This document shows, in pieces, positions 39,250 through 52,700 of a stretch of 64,000 nucleotides of DNA. Under the pieces are notes generated by a model. That model saw nothing but the letters and a program-made list of their open reading frames with translations, ran no database searches and was not told the origin of the DNA. Location of the stretch: contig JAYWIR010000015.1 of assembly GCA_036172245.1 (NCBI GenBank), positions 2,852,001 to 2,916,000 on the forward strand, written 5' to 3'. The position numbers and the translations under genes are program-made. Numbering within the stretch: the stretch's first letter is position 1; the number at the start of each line of letters is the position of its first letter. The stretch is from Raillietiella orientalis (Eukaryota).

Positions 39250-40100
39250 CGCCACGGCACCTCCTTGGGAGTCCGACAAAAGAGTCGTATCCTTCGGTGA
39301 ACTCAACATCGCTTTGACATCTTCGATGCTAGGGAAAAGCTGCGGGAAAAAGATGACATCCTGTTCGACCTGCACCAGGAACGATGGGCCCTTGGGGAGG
39401 GAAGCAATGTGCTGTTACGGGCGGATGCCGACGGTGGCAACGCCCCACAACGGAGAACGGGTTTGGGAGGGCAGGACAGGATTTTGGGGAGAAAAGGGGA
39501 TGAGAATCGCAGCCTACGACTTTGTTTGCTGCTTTCCGAAAGCCCCCGAGTCGAAAGGGTGGCATGGCATCTTCCCGTAGTGGCTTTCTGCAGGGGTGCT
39601 GCATACCCAATAAAAAAAAAAATCCTACTCTCCAAAGGTCGGATGGGAGTTCGCCCACCGTCCTTTCCGAAGCTCTTTTCGGGTTAAGTATCCTTGAGGA
39701 CTGCAGTTACTGCTGCCGCTCTCTTGGAAACGCGAATTCGTCCTGGCTCCGGATGTTGGCGGGGGCATGACTAGAAATGTCAGTGGCTCGTCTTCACCCG
39801 TCGAGCAAGGTCAACTCACTTCCCGCCCCAAGGGTAGGGCAGAATGAGTTCAGCGGAAGAACCGGAACAAGGCTGGATTACAACGCTCGCGCAGTTGCAT
39901 CGGTCTGCTGGTGAAACCACTCGTCCAATAGGAGCGACGGATAAGAGCTGTGGATGCCACCTAGAGGGGATCCGAAGACCTACTGGAGCTCTTCCTAAGG
40001 CTGGTGTGGCCAGCATGGAAAGAGCGAGCGGGAAGGCAAGAGGCGTTGCTGTGCCATGTATCAGACGGCGCTGCACACTGCATCTCTCTAGGAAGCGCCT
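39250..40100 (+). mobile_element. Degenerate L1/Tx1-like RT C-terminus and post-RT
   Basis: ELNI(A)FD, LPVVAF, LFSG/FGLSI, TRLDYNARAV, LWMPP, and LFLRLVWPAWKER...LLCHVSDG. Confidence 0.4.
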
Positions 40101-40719
40101 TTTCGACAGTTAGGCTTCGCGGCGGACGGTACCTTCCGAGGCTTCCTTTGCACACACACACCCGCCTCCCAAGTAGATGAGCCTGTATACTCGTCATCTT
40201 CGTGCGAGTTCCAGTCTCCGTCTCGCTTTTCGGAGGCCCCGCCATGCCTCCTCATTCGGCGCGAAGCTGTGGAGCGTCTTCCACTCTCAACTCCATCTCT
40301 GTAGGAAGACAACGAGGATGGCGAACCCAGGAGCTGCTGGAGCCTCTTTCCAGAGGCGCACAAGAACTCGGGAGAAGCGCTCTTCGCCTTGCCAGAGAGG
40401 GACGGCCCGTTGCTAGAGCGGCGCTCCGTGGCTCATCACCTCATTTGCCGAAAGGACTTCTAAACTCGCAGAATTCTGAATTACGTCTTCTGTTTCTCCA
40501 TGGGTTGCTGGGTAGCTTCCTGGCTCTCCTAAGCTGCGTTGCATCAATCAGAGGAGGAGGAACCGTCGAAGGAAAAGCAGAAGCCAACAGCGGAAGTCAC
40601 ACAGGATTCGCACCAGGTAAGCAGCCTGGCTCTGCCGCGGAAGTCTACCGACGAAACATGCAAGAGTTAAGATGGATCCACGCCAAGTGTTGAGGCAGTA
40701 AGTCATGTCAGCAGAGATC

Positions 40720-41407
40720 AGAGATCATGCGCGCGTGCACCACCACCATCTGCCCCTTGAACCGATTGGCGTCGCGCGGAGAACTGCTTCCAGGAATTCA
40801 GAAAAGTCCGTCGTGAAGAAATACTTTTCCCTATGAAGTTCACGCATCCCGGCAAGAACGTTTCCATGCGCCCATATTCGAGCAGATACGGTTGCCATAT
40901 GGAGGACGCCCGGAGACGGTCATGAAGACGGCAGTTCCGCAAAGACAACGTGGAGAGCGTTGTTGTACAACCAATGTAGCATCTCGCTCGTTTCGAGAAA
41001 CTGCTACACGGTTGCCGCAAAAGTCTGTTGCTAAAAGACTTGAACTTCGCCCTTTCCGACCACTTGGTAAATCGATACTCACCGAGTGATCTCGTATTTC
41101 TCGTTTGCAGTACCGTCGTCTCGTTTGCGCACCCGTACCGCAAATCCTCAACGCCTTTGATCAACTCCAACGATGGCCGAAGAGCGCACACATACCCTGG
41201 ATGACACCAGAAAATGGAAGTTTCTCTCCGCGTCAGACTCCATTTGCCGTTTGCCATTTGTGTGCCGGGAACTTGACCATTTCTTAAAAGCCAAGTTTGT
41301 GTGATTCGGATGGTTGCCCGCAATGCTAAATTTTGTTTGTGTTTCAATAGCACGCACGGTGCCTGTGCTGCAAGACGACTGCCTTACGTGCATCACCAGC
41401 CCTCGTC
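40720..41407 (-). mobile_element. Degenerate CR1/L2/Jockey-like RT C-terminus and post-RT
   Basis: AGD (ADD), RSLGEY (K.LG), SKRARCYIG, and QPYLLEYG (RP.LEY). Explains ORF 40718-41353. Confidence 0.5.
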
Positions 41408-43302
41408 CTCGATGCTAGCTCGATGCTAGGATGCTAAGTCGAGGTACCTATCCCTCAGCTTGACTCTCTCGGCCCGCGGTCACTGGACTTGCTTGTATCG
41501 AAGCATCCGCAAATTCTCCAGAAGGAAAAAACGGAAGCCGCATCGATGCTCCCATCCTGCTGATCTTCCTCTCCTCTGGCTAGCCGCATCCCAGTAAGTA
41601 ATTTCATCTTCCTTTGAAACGAAATCACTTACTGGGATACGGCAAGCATGACAACCTTCCCACTAGTCGCTTTAACATCTCGGAGGGCCCCGATGTATTG
41701 CCAAGTGCTTTCTTTGTACATCGTGGTTCGCTATCTTTGATTAATGCTGTGACGGAAATACATCATTACGTTCGATCACATCATAAATCAAGATAATTAA
41801 TTGCCCCAAAGTGTTGCTACAAAGACAGTCGCTTTAACAAGTCATTGAGTTGCGAGTCGTAATATAATTCGATAGTTGTCCCCCCCCCCCCCCATAGTCT
41901 TGCAAACATCGAAAGCGAATTTTCAGAAAATAAAATCTGCCTGCAATTAATGTGAGGGACTGAGCGCTACAAGAGCAAAATAGTTAGTTGGTCAAACAGT
42001 TGTTCCTTGCAAAAAAATTTGCAGGAAAGCAAATAATTTTACAATTACGAAAGGATGGGGGGGGGGGAGGGGGGACAAATTTTACGCCAAAGAAACGATT
42101 TCACGCACATTCTTATTTAAACGTTGGGTGTACGTGAAAACGCGTTCTTGGTGTACCCGTGAACGATGGGCACTTTTGGCCTTTTAGACGCAAGAAACTC
42201 GTTAAAGGCATTCCGCCTCTCCAATGGTTTCCAAATATTTACAGAGCGCGGGCGTACACCATTGACGAAAACACGTCGCGCCGTGCAGATTCGTGATGCT
42301 TTTTTGCTTCACGGGATGCTGCAATGAAATCAGACGGTGTTGCTTAGCGGCTTAAGCGCACAGTTCCTCGTATCGCCACCGTCCGTGTTTGAATGAAAAC
42401 TGCTTATTCACAAAAGCTGCTGCAAAATGGCATTTCCATTTCGAAAGCTTGGGGGTCGTGCAACCAAAAGCATGGGGGCATCACAGGGAGCTGCCTAGAA
42501 AACGAGATGACCGTTTCGTTCACGAAAACCTGATATTCGGGCTTTCCTGCAGAACCCAGCAGTCTACACTGTCGTCCACGTAGCCACGCCGGGGTGGTGT
42601 TTGAGCACATCTACGGCTAGGCCGTCTCCTCCACGAGGGCTTCGATGGTGGTGGACTTGGGAGAGGGCCCATCTTCTTCAGCCTCTGCCGCGACCTGAGG
42701 ATCGCGCAGCACACGACGATGACCACGGCGCGTGCGGGGACGGCCTCTCCGTTTTGTTGACATTCGAGCTCTTCGTGCTCGCACTTGGATGCGGGGACAG
42801 CGTAAACACGGCCCACCCTTGGAAGCTTGGGAGGAAAAAAAAAAAGTCCCTTGCTTCCGATGTAGAAGCACACCAGTGGGACGTTCCCAGATCGACAGCA
42901 TCGCTCAAGTAGAGCCGGCCACTGGTTTCTGGAGCACCACAATCGTCCATTGCTTTTTTTTTTTTTTTTTTGCCTACTCGAAATTCTGAAATTCGACGTC
43001 GCGGCTATCAAAGTATGAGTAGCGGCTCGCGTTGCATTCCGACGACGGAAGCCACTGTTCCTCTCACATGAAAAACACAGCCGACCCCCACACGGGGCAC
43101 ATCAAGCACAAAATGACAACGGTTTTGGTCCGTGCATCAACACTAATTTATTTAATAATTCAATCAGTGAAGTGAACAAAATAAAAAACTGAATGCTAGC
43201 ATATTACTTTATTGGATTCCGAGATGTTGATCCAGGCAAATGCAGCCAGCATTTCAATAACAATCAGGTACAAAAAACAACCTGTCCCATGAAATGAGTT
43301 AA

Positions 43303-45001
<1,699 letters not shown>

Positions 45002-45139
45002 CGGCCGAATTCCAAGCAACCAAGGATTTTGAATACAACGTGTAGCGACTTCGATCCCTCGCGTAGGCCTTTTGAAACCTACCACTCCTCCGCGTAACCA
45101 TAAAAAAAAAAAATACACAAGCACAGCAACCACACTCCC

Positions 45140-45260
45140 TCACATGACTATTTCATTTGGACTCGGCAACCGAAATTTCCGCTTATATAACCTCGGTCGC
45201 TGCGAACAATACCGTGGACGAGTCTATTTAAAGGGGTTTTCGGTTCGGCCAATCACGTCC
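45140..45260 (-). promoter_or_regulatory. Candidate Mnk core promoter
   Basis: TATATAA-type box at ~45184-45190 and a CCAAT at ~45249-45253, 180-250 nt upstream of the putative ATG. No transcript evidence. Confidence 0.25.
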
Positions 45261-45469
45261 CTGCGTGAGTGTTGCGCCCCGCTCCAAACCCGGCAATTCG
45301 CAGCGGAAGAGTCCTTGAGGTTGCACCACGTTGCGGCGCTGCAGCGCAATTGTGTAGGGTTTGTTGCTCCGCCGCGGCGAGGAGACAGCAGTGTGATTCA
45401 CGTCGGGGAGAGTGGGGCCCAATTCGTAGGAGCGCCACCAACGCCACGATTCGCCTCGGAAAAGAGGAA

Positions 45470-46130
45470 ATGTTTTTTTTTTTTTTTTCCCTCTTCCTCA
45501 TCGCGTGCCAGTGGACCTTGCCCGGATTTCACGTCGAAAAATCCGTCGAGATGTTGCCGAGCGTCATGGATGGCTAGAGTTCGTGTGTGAGATGAGAAGC
45601 GGCGCCTCCCCGCTTCCCTGCGTTGAAAAAAAAAAAAGAAAAGAAAGACCCTCGTGGCGTGCCACCGCAGTCGTTGTTTGGTGTTTCAGGCTGCCGAGCA
45701 AACGTGGGTGCACTTCGAGGTGTGTGTGTGCTTCTTCCGCAGGCCACGTTTTCGCCGACCGCGCGCTGGCTCCAGCGCCCCTTCCGGGTTGCCATGGGGA
45801 TCGGTCGATCCCGGAACGGGATGGGAAGCGCGGGCAGGCGCTCCCGTGTGTGCTCTCTCACGAGAGTGAATGTACGCCAGATGAAATGTAGTTCGATCCC
45901 GCCCTGTCCCCGAAACGATCTTCGAAGAAGGCGTGCGTGGTCTGGTCCTGAGACGGGAGTTCGGATCAGTGGACTTTTCCGCAAGGTGGTGGCAAAACAG
46001 CTGAATCCAGAGTGTTTGAAGAACACGTTAGCACGAAGAGTTCTCCCGGCCATGTGTGCCGGCTTCAGCTCTTGGGTTGTTTTCGTGCTCTCCTGGGCTT
46101 TTGCTTTTAGGCATTCATCATGGTGAAAGT
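45470..46130 (+). mobile_element. Degenerate CR1/L2/Jockey-like RT fragment
   Basis: WLEFVCEMR, RGVPPQSLFG (GVPQGS.LG), HVFAD, LTRVNVRQMK, and VFEEHV...RLQLLGCFR. Confidence 0.5.
45630..45893 (+). repeat. Left arm of a long inverted repeat
   Basis: Reverse complement of 47711-47983, with about 6 substitutions, one ~11-nt indel and one GT-unit indel by eye. Confidence 0.97.
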
Positions 46131-47710
46131 TGCACAATCTTCACTGCAGATTTCGTTCACACTTGTGAGTGTGTCTTTCGCGTTTGGTTGCTTCTTGTCA
46201 ACGCAATTATCCCAAACGTTGCATCATTTGACGGAATCAGAATTCGCGGCCCAACGAACACTTAAAAAAACGCATAGGTACTCACTCATGTTTTGAAAAG
46301 TATTTCCTCCCTTTAATGGAAAAAGAATGATCAACTCCTGACAGAGGAACGCTTGCCGACGTACTTTGAAATGGGTTTTATTATTTTTTTCCTTCGTTTT
46401 TGCTTTGTGATGAAGATGAGGAATAAGGCAAAGGAATAATGGAGCTTCGTTGCTTTTTACCCAGGAGGCATGTGCTGCTCTAGTTTTGGAAGCATGGAAG
46501 TCAGAGAGAGGGGGGCTTGGTCAGTGCTGGCTGCTGCACTTCCAGAGGGATCTTCTCCAGCCCTTTTTGGCTCGTGAGGGACTCTCTCTGTTCCTCGAAA
46601 CCTTTGGCTGTAACACCAAACGATTCGACTCGGAGTACAAAGAAACGCGTGTCACGTTACTGCGTCGTGTTGCTCGTTCTCAAGAGATTGTGTTCGGCTA
46701 AGATCCTCCTCGTTACAGGAAAACTTGTGGGATTCCAGCTCACCGTTGCCGAAAGCGGAAAGAAAGAAAATCCAAAGGATCTGATCGTTATTGAATGGTG
46801 CATTTGCTTGTCTCTCGCACATTCCAAGGAAAAAGGGGAACTTTAGGGAACAGAAGTTTTTAATCAGAATCGGCCCCAAGTAAAATGAAAGCCCCTTGGA
46901 TTGACGACCGGCTTTCCCTGGGAATGCGAAAAGGCTGAAGTTAGAGGAAAAGTGTGTGCGTTTTTTTAACCGAAGCAGCTGCATGTTTGCTTTCGCCCCT
47001 AACCCACTGCTCGATAATCTAAGCTGACCCTTGGAGTTTGGGATGGAAGAAAATAAGAGTGAGTTTTTCCATTGATGGTGGATTGCTTATGATGACTTGA
47101 CTGATAACGCATCAAATCACGGAAACTTGTGATTCGAGTGCTCCGAAAATGATTGCAGCTTCGGGGCAGATACGCAACTGGTGTTTGAATGGCATTCGTT
47201 TGTGATTGTCTGTTCAACAGCAGAGGGGCAGATCTGTAAGTTGATCATCCTGTAAGTTGTAGGAAGCTGACAAGATTTCACACTCCCAATATCATCGTCA
47301 TCTCGGCACCGAGTCCGGATTCTTTTCCTATTTCCAAGCAGGAAATTTCGGTTTGCTAAATTAATAAACTGGAATCCTGTGCTGCAAGAACTGTTGGTGT
47401 TGATGACTGGCATGTGCACTCGGCACAAGTATTTCATCGGATGTTCAGAATAGGGCCAAGATTTCAGGGTCCCAAGATCTTGAACAGGTAGTGAAAAGCC
47501 AGTGATTTTAGCGTCGCGCTGCAGAAAGTGCTACCACAGCTACACAAAATATCCGATTCTGTGTTCATCTATGGGGCATCTTCACTCTGAGCAGGCCGTT
47601 TTAAAGAGAGTACATCGGTGGCTCTCTTCGGGCGTCCTAAAATGGAAGCACGAATCGGAGATTTGTTCTCTTCAGTGTGTTTTTTCTTCGGAAAAACTCA
47701 GGCTTCTCAT

Positions 47711-47983
47711 AACTACATTTCATCTGGCGTACATTCACTCTCGTGAGAGAGCACACACGGGAGCGCCTGCTCGCGCTTCCCATCCCGTTCCGGGATCGAC
47801 CGATCCCCATGGCAACCCGGAAGGGGCGCTGGAGCCAGCGCGCGGTCGGCGAAAACGTGACCTGCGGAAGAAGCACACACACCTCGAAGTACACCCACGT
47901 TTGCTCGGCGGCCTGAAAACACGTCCAAACACCAAACAACGTCTGCGGTGGCTCGCCACGAGGGTCTTTCTTTTCTTTTTTTT
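47711..47983 (-). repeat. Right arm of a long inverted repeat
   Basis: Reverse complement of 45630-45893. Flanks are unrelated to the left-arm flanks. Confidence 0.97.
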
Positions 47984-48749
47984 ATCATTCTCTTCCTGTT
48001 GTGGAATGCAAAGTATGAACAAGTACAAAATTTTTAATCTGATGGTAATGTAGTATCCCTTTTGAATCAGAATCACGAAACTTTGTATTTTTCTTGTGAA
48101 TCACCGTCTCTGGGAAGCGAGCTGTTCGTGCTGAAAACCCTGATGGAATGCAGCATGGTCAGGTCAGGTCACTTTTTGCAAATGAACTTCTGAGGAAACC
48201 GAAGACAAGTACTTGAAAGATGTGTTTCGTATAGCTTCCCTCGTTACAAGAACAGCAGCAACAGATAATTTTCACTTTTAAACTGAGTTTCTGGAAGATT
48301 CACAACTGAGAATGATACACAAAAAACGCCTGCAATGTGGAGGTCATTCTACGGATAGAATCTTGCGGACAGAGGCCGTCTCACTGAGTTCCATTCCGCT
48401 TGATAGATGCATTTCTGCCAAGGTGAAAAAATTCACTTTTCTCGCTCTGTGAAATAAAAAAAAAAAAAAATGAAATGAAAAAATGATTCGGAAACTTCAA
48501 CGTCCTCGTCAATGGGAGCGTTGATAACGACTATGAAAGTGTTACATTTGGGTTCTCCAGAGGAAGAGGAGCATGGGAATCTACCTGAATTCATTTGCAG
48601 TATTCCTCGGAATGTAAGGCTGCTTAGTACAGTGTACGGTGCTCTATCCCCCCTTTGCTATAGAGCACGTACGCTTTGTGTTCCTGTTAGCAGTGTGGGT
48701 ACCCGCCGTGCTTTGTGGATGGCGAGTCTCTCGGCAATTTCAAGTCTGT

Positions 48750-49290
48750 TTCCCAACCGAACCTGTTGGTTTGCTACAAAGTTTGCAGCGGACTTCCGAG
48801 TAGGATTCGGTCAACGTTTTCTCCCTCCGATGCAAACCTGACTGGTCCTCCGCATGACCTCTTCTCACACGATCTGCTTTCGGATGGTGAGCTCTGTCCG
48901 TCTGCTGCATGCCATCTTCCTCCCACACCGTCAGAGATGCGCCAAACCGGGCAGCCATACGCGAGGAAGGCGCCCCTTCGATTTCCCGTCGGACGATTGC
49001 AGCATGGAAACGACCTGGCAAACCGAAAACAGGTTCATTACCTAAGTGTTGCTGTGAAAGTACCAGTTTCTCAGAACGCTGAGCCTCCTCCATCGGATCC
49101 ACCATCCAGCGAGCCTGGTCCTTGCTACGCGATGCTTCAGGAGATTCGAAACCGGTGATTCATTGATCGAGTGCGGTGCGAAGCGTTTACTTCGAAAAGA
49201 GGCCTTATATTTCGCGCACTTGTTGTGTCTTTGGAGATGGTGGGCGCTCAACAACCCCAAGCAGTCCCAGTTTCCTTTTCGACAGAGTGA
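48750..49290 (-). mobile_element. Possible post-RT fragment of a CR1/L2/I-like LINE
   Basis: LGLLGVV..QQV and FLAYGCPVW (LEY..PVW). Confidence 0.35.
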
Positions 49291-50349
49291 GAACTCTTCG
49301 CAGCTAAAATTTCCTCGTCTAGAAATCGGCAGACCGGGAGCTCGGCAGCACCGTCAGTTCCATCCACTCCTTTCGGTTTGGTTTGAGATGTCACTCACAA
49401 TCACCCATGTGATTGTGAGTACGATTTGCATCGCTTCTCGCCGAAGCCGAATGGACGAAACCGGAGGTGAGCCGTAAATTCGCAATGCTCGCCTGATCTC
49501 GGTTTTCAACTCTCTCGTGGAGTCTGCGGGGCGGATGCGGTATGCTAGAAAGGATGTGATGACATCGAATGTAAGGGTGCTCGTATCATATGGAGAGCAG
49601 CAGCTAGAAACCCTCGCCGAGAACATTCGAAACAAGTGCCACGTACCCCTTGGCATTGCCTTTCTGATGGAAACGAATCGTGCATGCAATCTGTTGGTTG
49701 TGTCCGACAGATTCGATTTTTGGTCTTCGAAACAAAGGAATGATGAGGCTTACGAAAATCGCAAAGAAGGAAGCCGCAAGAAGAACTGAGGAATGCTTGT
49801 TTGAATTTCTGACCGATTTTTTTTTTTTTTTTTTTTTAAGAAAAAAAAAAATTCCTCGAGAGTTGATAAACTAAAAAGCAGGAGTAGATGGAGCACACAG
49901 GCAATGGTTTCCCTAGACTGTGGACGCACCTGAACCTTCCTTCGAACTTTTTCAATCGTGCCCTCGCCACTCATCCTAGTTAAATAATTCTCAACCCTTT
50001 GTTTGTCTCGTGACCAGGAAAACGAGAGTTTTCATCTCTCTCTGCCAAGATGGCTGACCAGCCCAAGGCACACAAAACCTGACGAAAAATACACGATCCT
50101 GCAAGTGCATTCTCTGAAGTGTACCCGATCTGCCTTCCCGAGGCGTGATTCTGCTAGGTTTCCTGGGCCCCACGAGGGCTCTCTTTTCGGTGAGCAGTCG
50201 ATTCGGCTTTGGCACTCGCGTGTCTCTGGTTGTGACATTTCCTCAATTCAGAGCTTGCCGGGGAGGGGAGAGGGAAATCTTGGAAAGATTTTGAACTCTT
50301 ACAGGAGCTCTTTCGGCATGCGAGCTGGGAGCAGCGGCCTGCACCGCTA

Positions 50350-52700
50350 TGATGGCCGCCGAAGCAAAGCGTTGCTCCGAGAGTTGCTCCAGTCACGCTG
50401 GCTGCTGTTTAATGAGATCAGAAAAAGACGACAGACCAGCAAAGGCTGGCACACAGCGCAGAATTCTTGCGTGCCAGTTATCCCGTCTAGGGGCATGCTG
50501 TAGGCTACCAGGAGGGACGCAGCCTTCCAAAGGGAAGCGGCACATGGGTGTTCGTTCGCCGGCAAGCGCTCGTTAAGGCTGCTGAGCGTGGCAGAGAGCA
50601 CCTGACCCGCATCCCGGGCCTGTGAGCGCGGTGTGAAGCAGTGCATGTCACCCCTATAGTGGTGGCTTCACCCGCGCCTGTCCCATAAATGGAAACAAAG
50701 TGGACGCCGTGCAAGAGAGACGCGTGGGTGCGATAGCGAGAAGCGTGGATGGGGAGGTTGCGGCTGAAAAGTCAGGAGAGCCGCGACAAGCGTCGAGACC
50801 TTCGGTGAAGCGTGGCTCGATCGGCGAGCGGGTTCCGAAGAGCTGCGGGCGGGAGGAGGGGGACGGGGGGGGAGTCGCACCACTTCTTCGGAGAGGTAGG
50901 AACAGAAGCCCCGCTGGGCAGGTGCGCGCGCGCGCGCTCCTTGCCGCCGGAGCCTGCAAGACAGACCGAGGTTCGTCCCCCCTGCGTCCGGTTGCTCTGG
51001 GTGCCAGAAATGCCTAGCGAGGCCTACCGAGAGTACGGAAACGGGAAGGGGAAGCAGGGGTGCGGAAACCGTTCGACGTTTCTAAAAATAGACGTCGAAA
51101 GCTGTCTAAGCGGCTACGAGGTGGCTCTCCACGCGAGGAAGCGGTTCTTCTACTTCCTTCTTCGCTCGGGATCGGCTTCCACGGTGACCGAATCGAACGA
51201 ACGCCTTCGGGCGTACGCTCGGGTGACCAAAGGTGAGTCCCGGGGAAAGGAGTCCGGGGCATGTCCGGCTAAAGTTTCCGCTCCGGGAGCGGTCCCCAGC
51301 GAGACGGCACGTGGTCGATCGCAGCCGGGAGGCAGGCAAGGCAAGAAGATGAACGCCGGCAAGAGACCCGCCAGCGGTCACTCCGAGTGATGTTCGCGCG
51401 CGCACGGGCGTCTCAGCCGTCCCGAAAGGTGGGCTCTTCGAGAGGCATGGCCAGCACGGACGAAGTTCTGCTGAAGGTGGTTCGGACGGGGGGATCCTGC
51501 ACCGCACCGCACGGGAGCGCTGTGCACTCTGGGGAGAGGGAAGGGGGAGCACAACGCGCGCAAGGGGCGCCTCCCGGGGAAGACACCGACGCATGCCGGG
51601 TGCCGCCTTTCCTCGCGCCGGACGCCGTTGTCGCCTCGTGAGCGGGTACTCACTGTCTCGCGTTCCAGGACACGACGACGCTGCTCCCGCCGCTGTTGGG
51701 AACGCCCTCCTCTATAGCCGCGGCCACCACCACCACCCCCGATCTGCAAGGTTCCACAACGGGATGGGGAGCCGGGGGGGCAAAGCTACACTGGCGTCTT
51801 GGTGCGCGCATCGATACTCGGCGGCTGCTTGAGCTTCTCCGTCGAGGCTCCGAGAGTTCTTTCCATGCGCTGCGGAAGGAGTCCCGCGAACGATCGATCC
51901 TTTGGGGTAGCAGCAGGAAGGACGTCCACGAGTCCGAGCAGGACTGCGTCTTGGTCGCGGGAGCGCGCAGTTTCGCAGGCAACGCCGCTGCCTCCGTGGC
52001 TCCGTCGAACGACTAAATGCACCACCCGCGAGACGAGACTTCCGCAGAGGACGTGTCGCCGCGTGCACGTGGAAACGCGTCGCATCCTGCGGCTCCCGAT
52101 TTTCGCGCGGAATTCCCGGATGTCGGAATAATCGACAGGAGCGCCCGCCTCCTATCCGCTACCCGTGGCTCTAAGTCACGCTGAGGTGACGCGGCTGTTG
52201 GGAGCTGTGCGAGTCGCAGGTCCCGCGCCAGCTGAGTAGAGTAGTGAGTTCCCCGTCCGAAACTGCGACAGATTCCTTCCCAGGGAGTCGGGATCAGGGG
52301 TCCAGTAAGTGGCGACGTGAAGATTCGCAGAACCGTCCTTCGTTCCCAAGGAATGCCCCCCCTCCGCAGCGTTCCTGGAGAAGCTACCGTTCTGCAGAAA
52401 GAGAGAAATTCTTGATTCGTGAAATCAAAGGACAAACAGACCGACTTGAGCACGAAAGCCACGGCCAGCAGCGGTTGTTTGAAAAGAAAAAAATTCATGT
52501 TCTTGATTGAAAAGTAACCGGAAGTATCTGCACGCGGATGGACGCTGTTTCTTGGAGCTGCTGCTGTCACTGAATCTGAAGAGAACAAGTGAAAAACTTT
52601 CGCTGGTCAGTAGGCAAAGTGTTGCAGGTCAAGAACGTATGCCAGTGCGAGTAAACATGGAAAGCTTGATTCGCCAAAACCTTGCGTCTTCAAGAAGGTT
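50350..52700 (-). mobile_element. Degenerate L1/Tx1-like ORF2, RT to zinc finger
   Basis: TLPTDQRK (NTDYK), VHP, SFDFTNQEFL, RSFGRG, LEP, cac-gcg-g(-)c-gac-acg (YADDT with one deletion and one transition, ~52052-52066), TKTQ-LLG, GRRP...CGAG.P, and FCAVC (~50455). A possible A-tail lies at 49817-49837. Confidence 0.6.

Noticed and set aside
47711..47983. Pol III ncRNA (7SK-like GATC..GATC, T-run end)
   Set aside because: No 7SK terminal motifs; the sequence is a copy of RT-derived DNA.
49430..49442. ATCGCTTCTCG matching the U2 snRNA 5' end
   Set aside because: The match stops after 11 nt.
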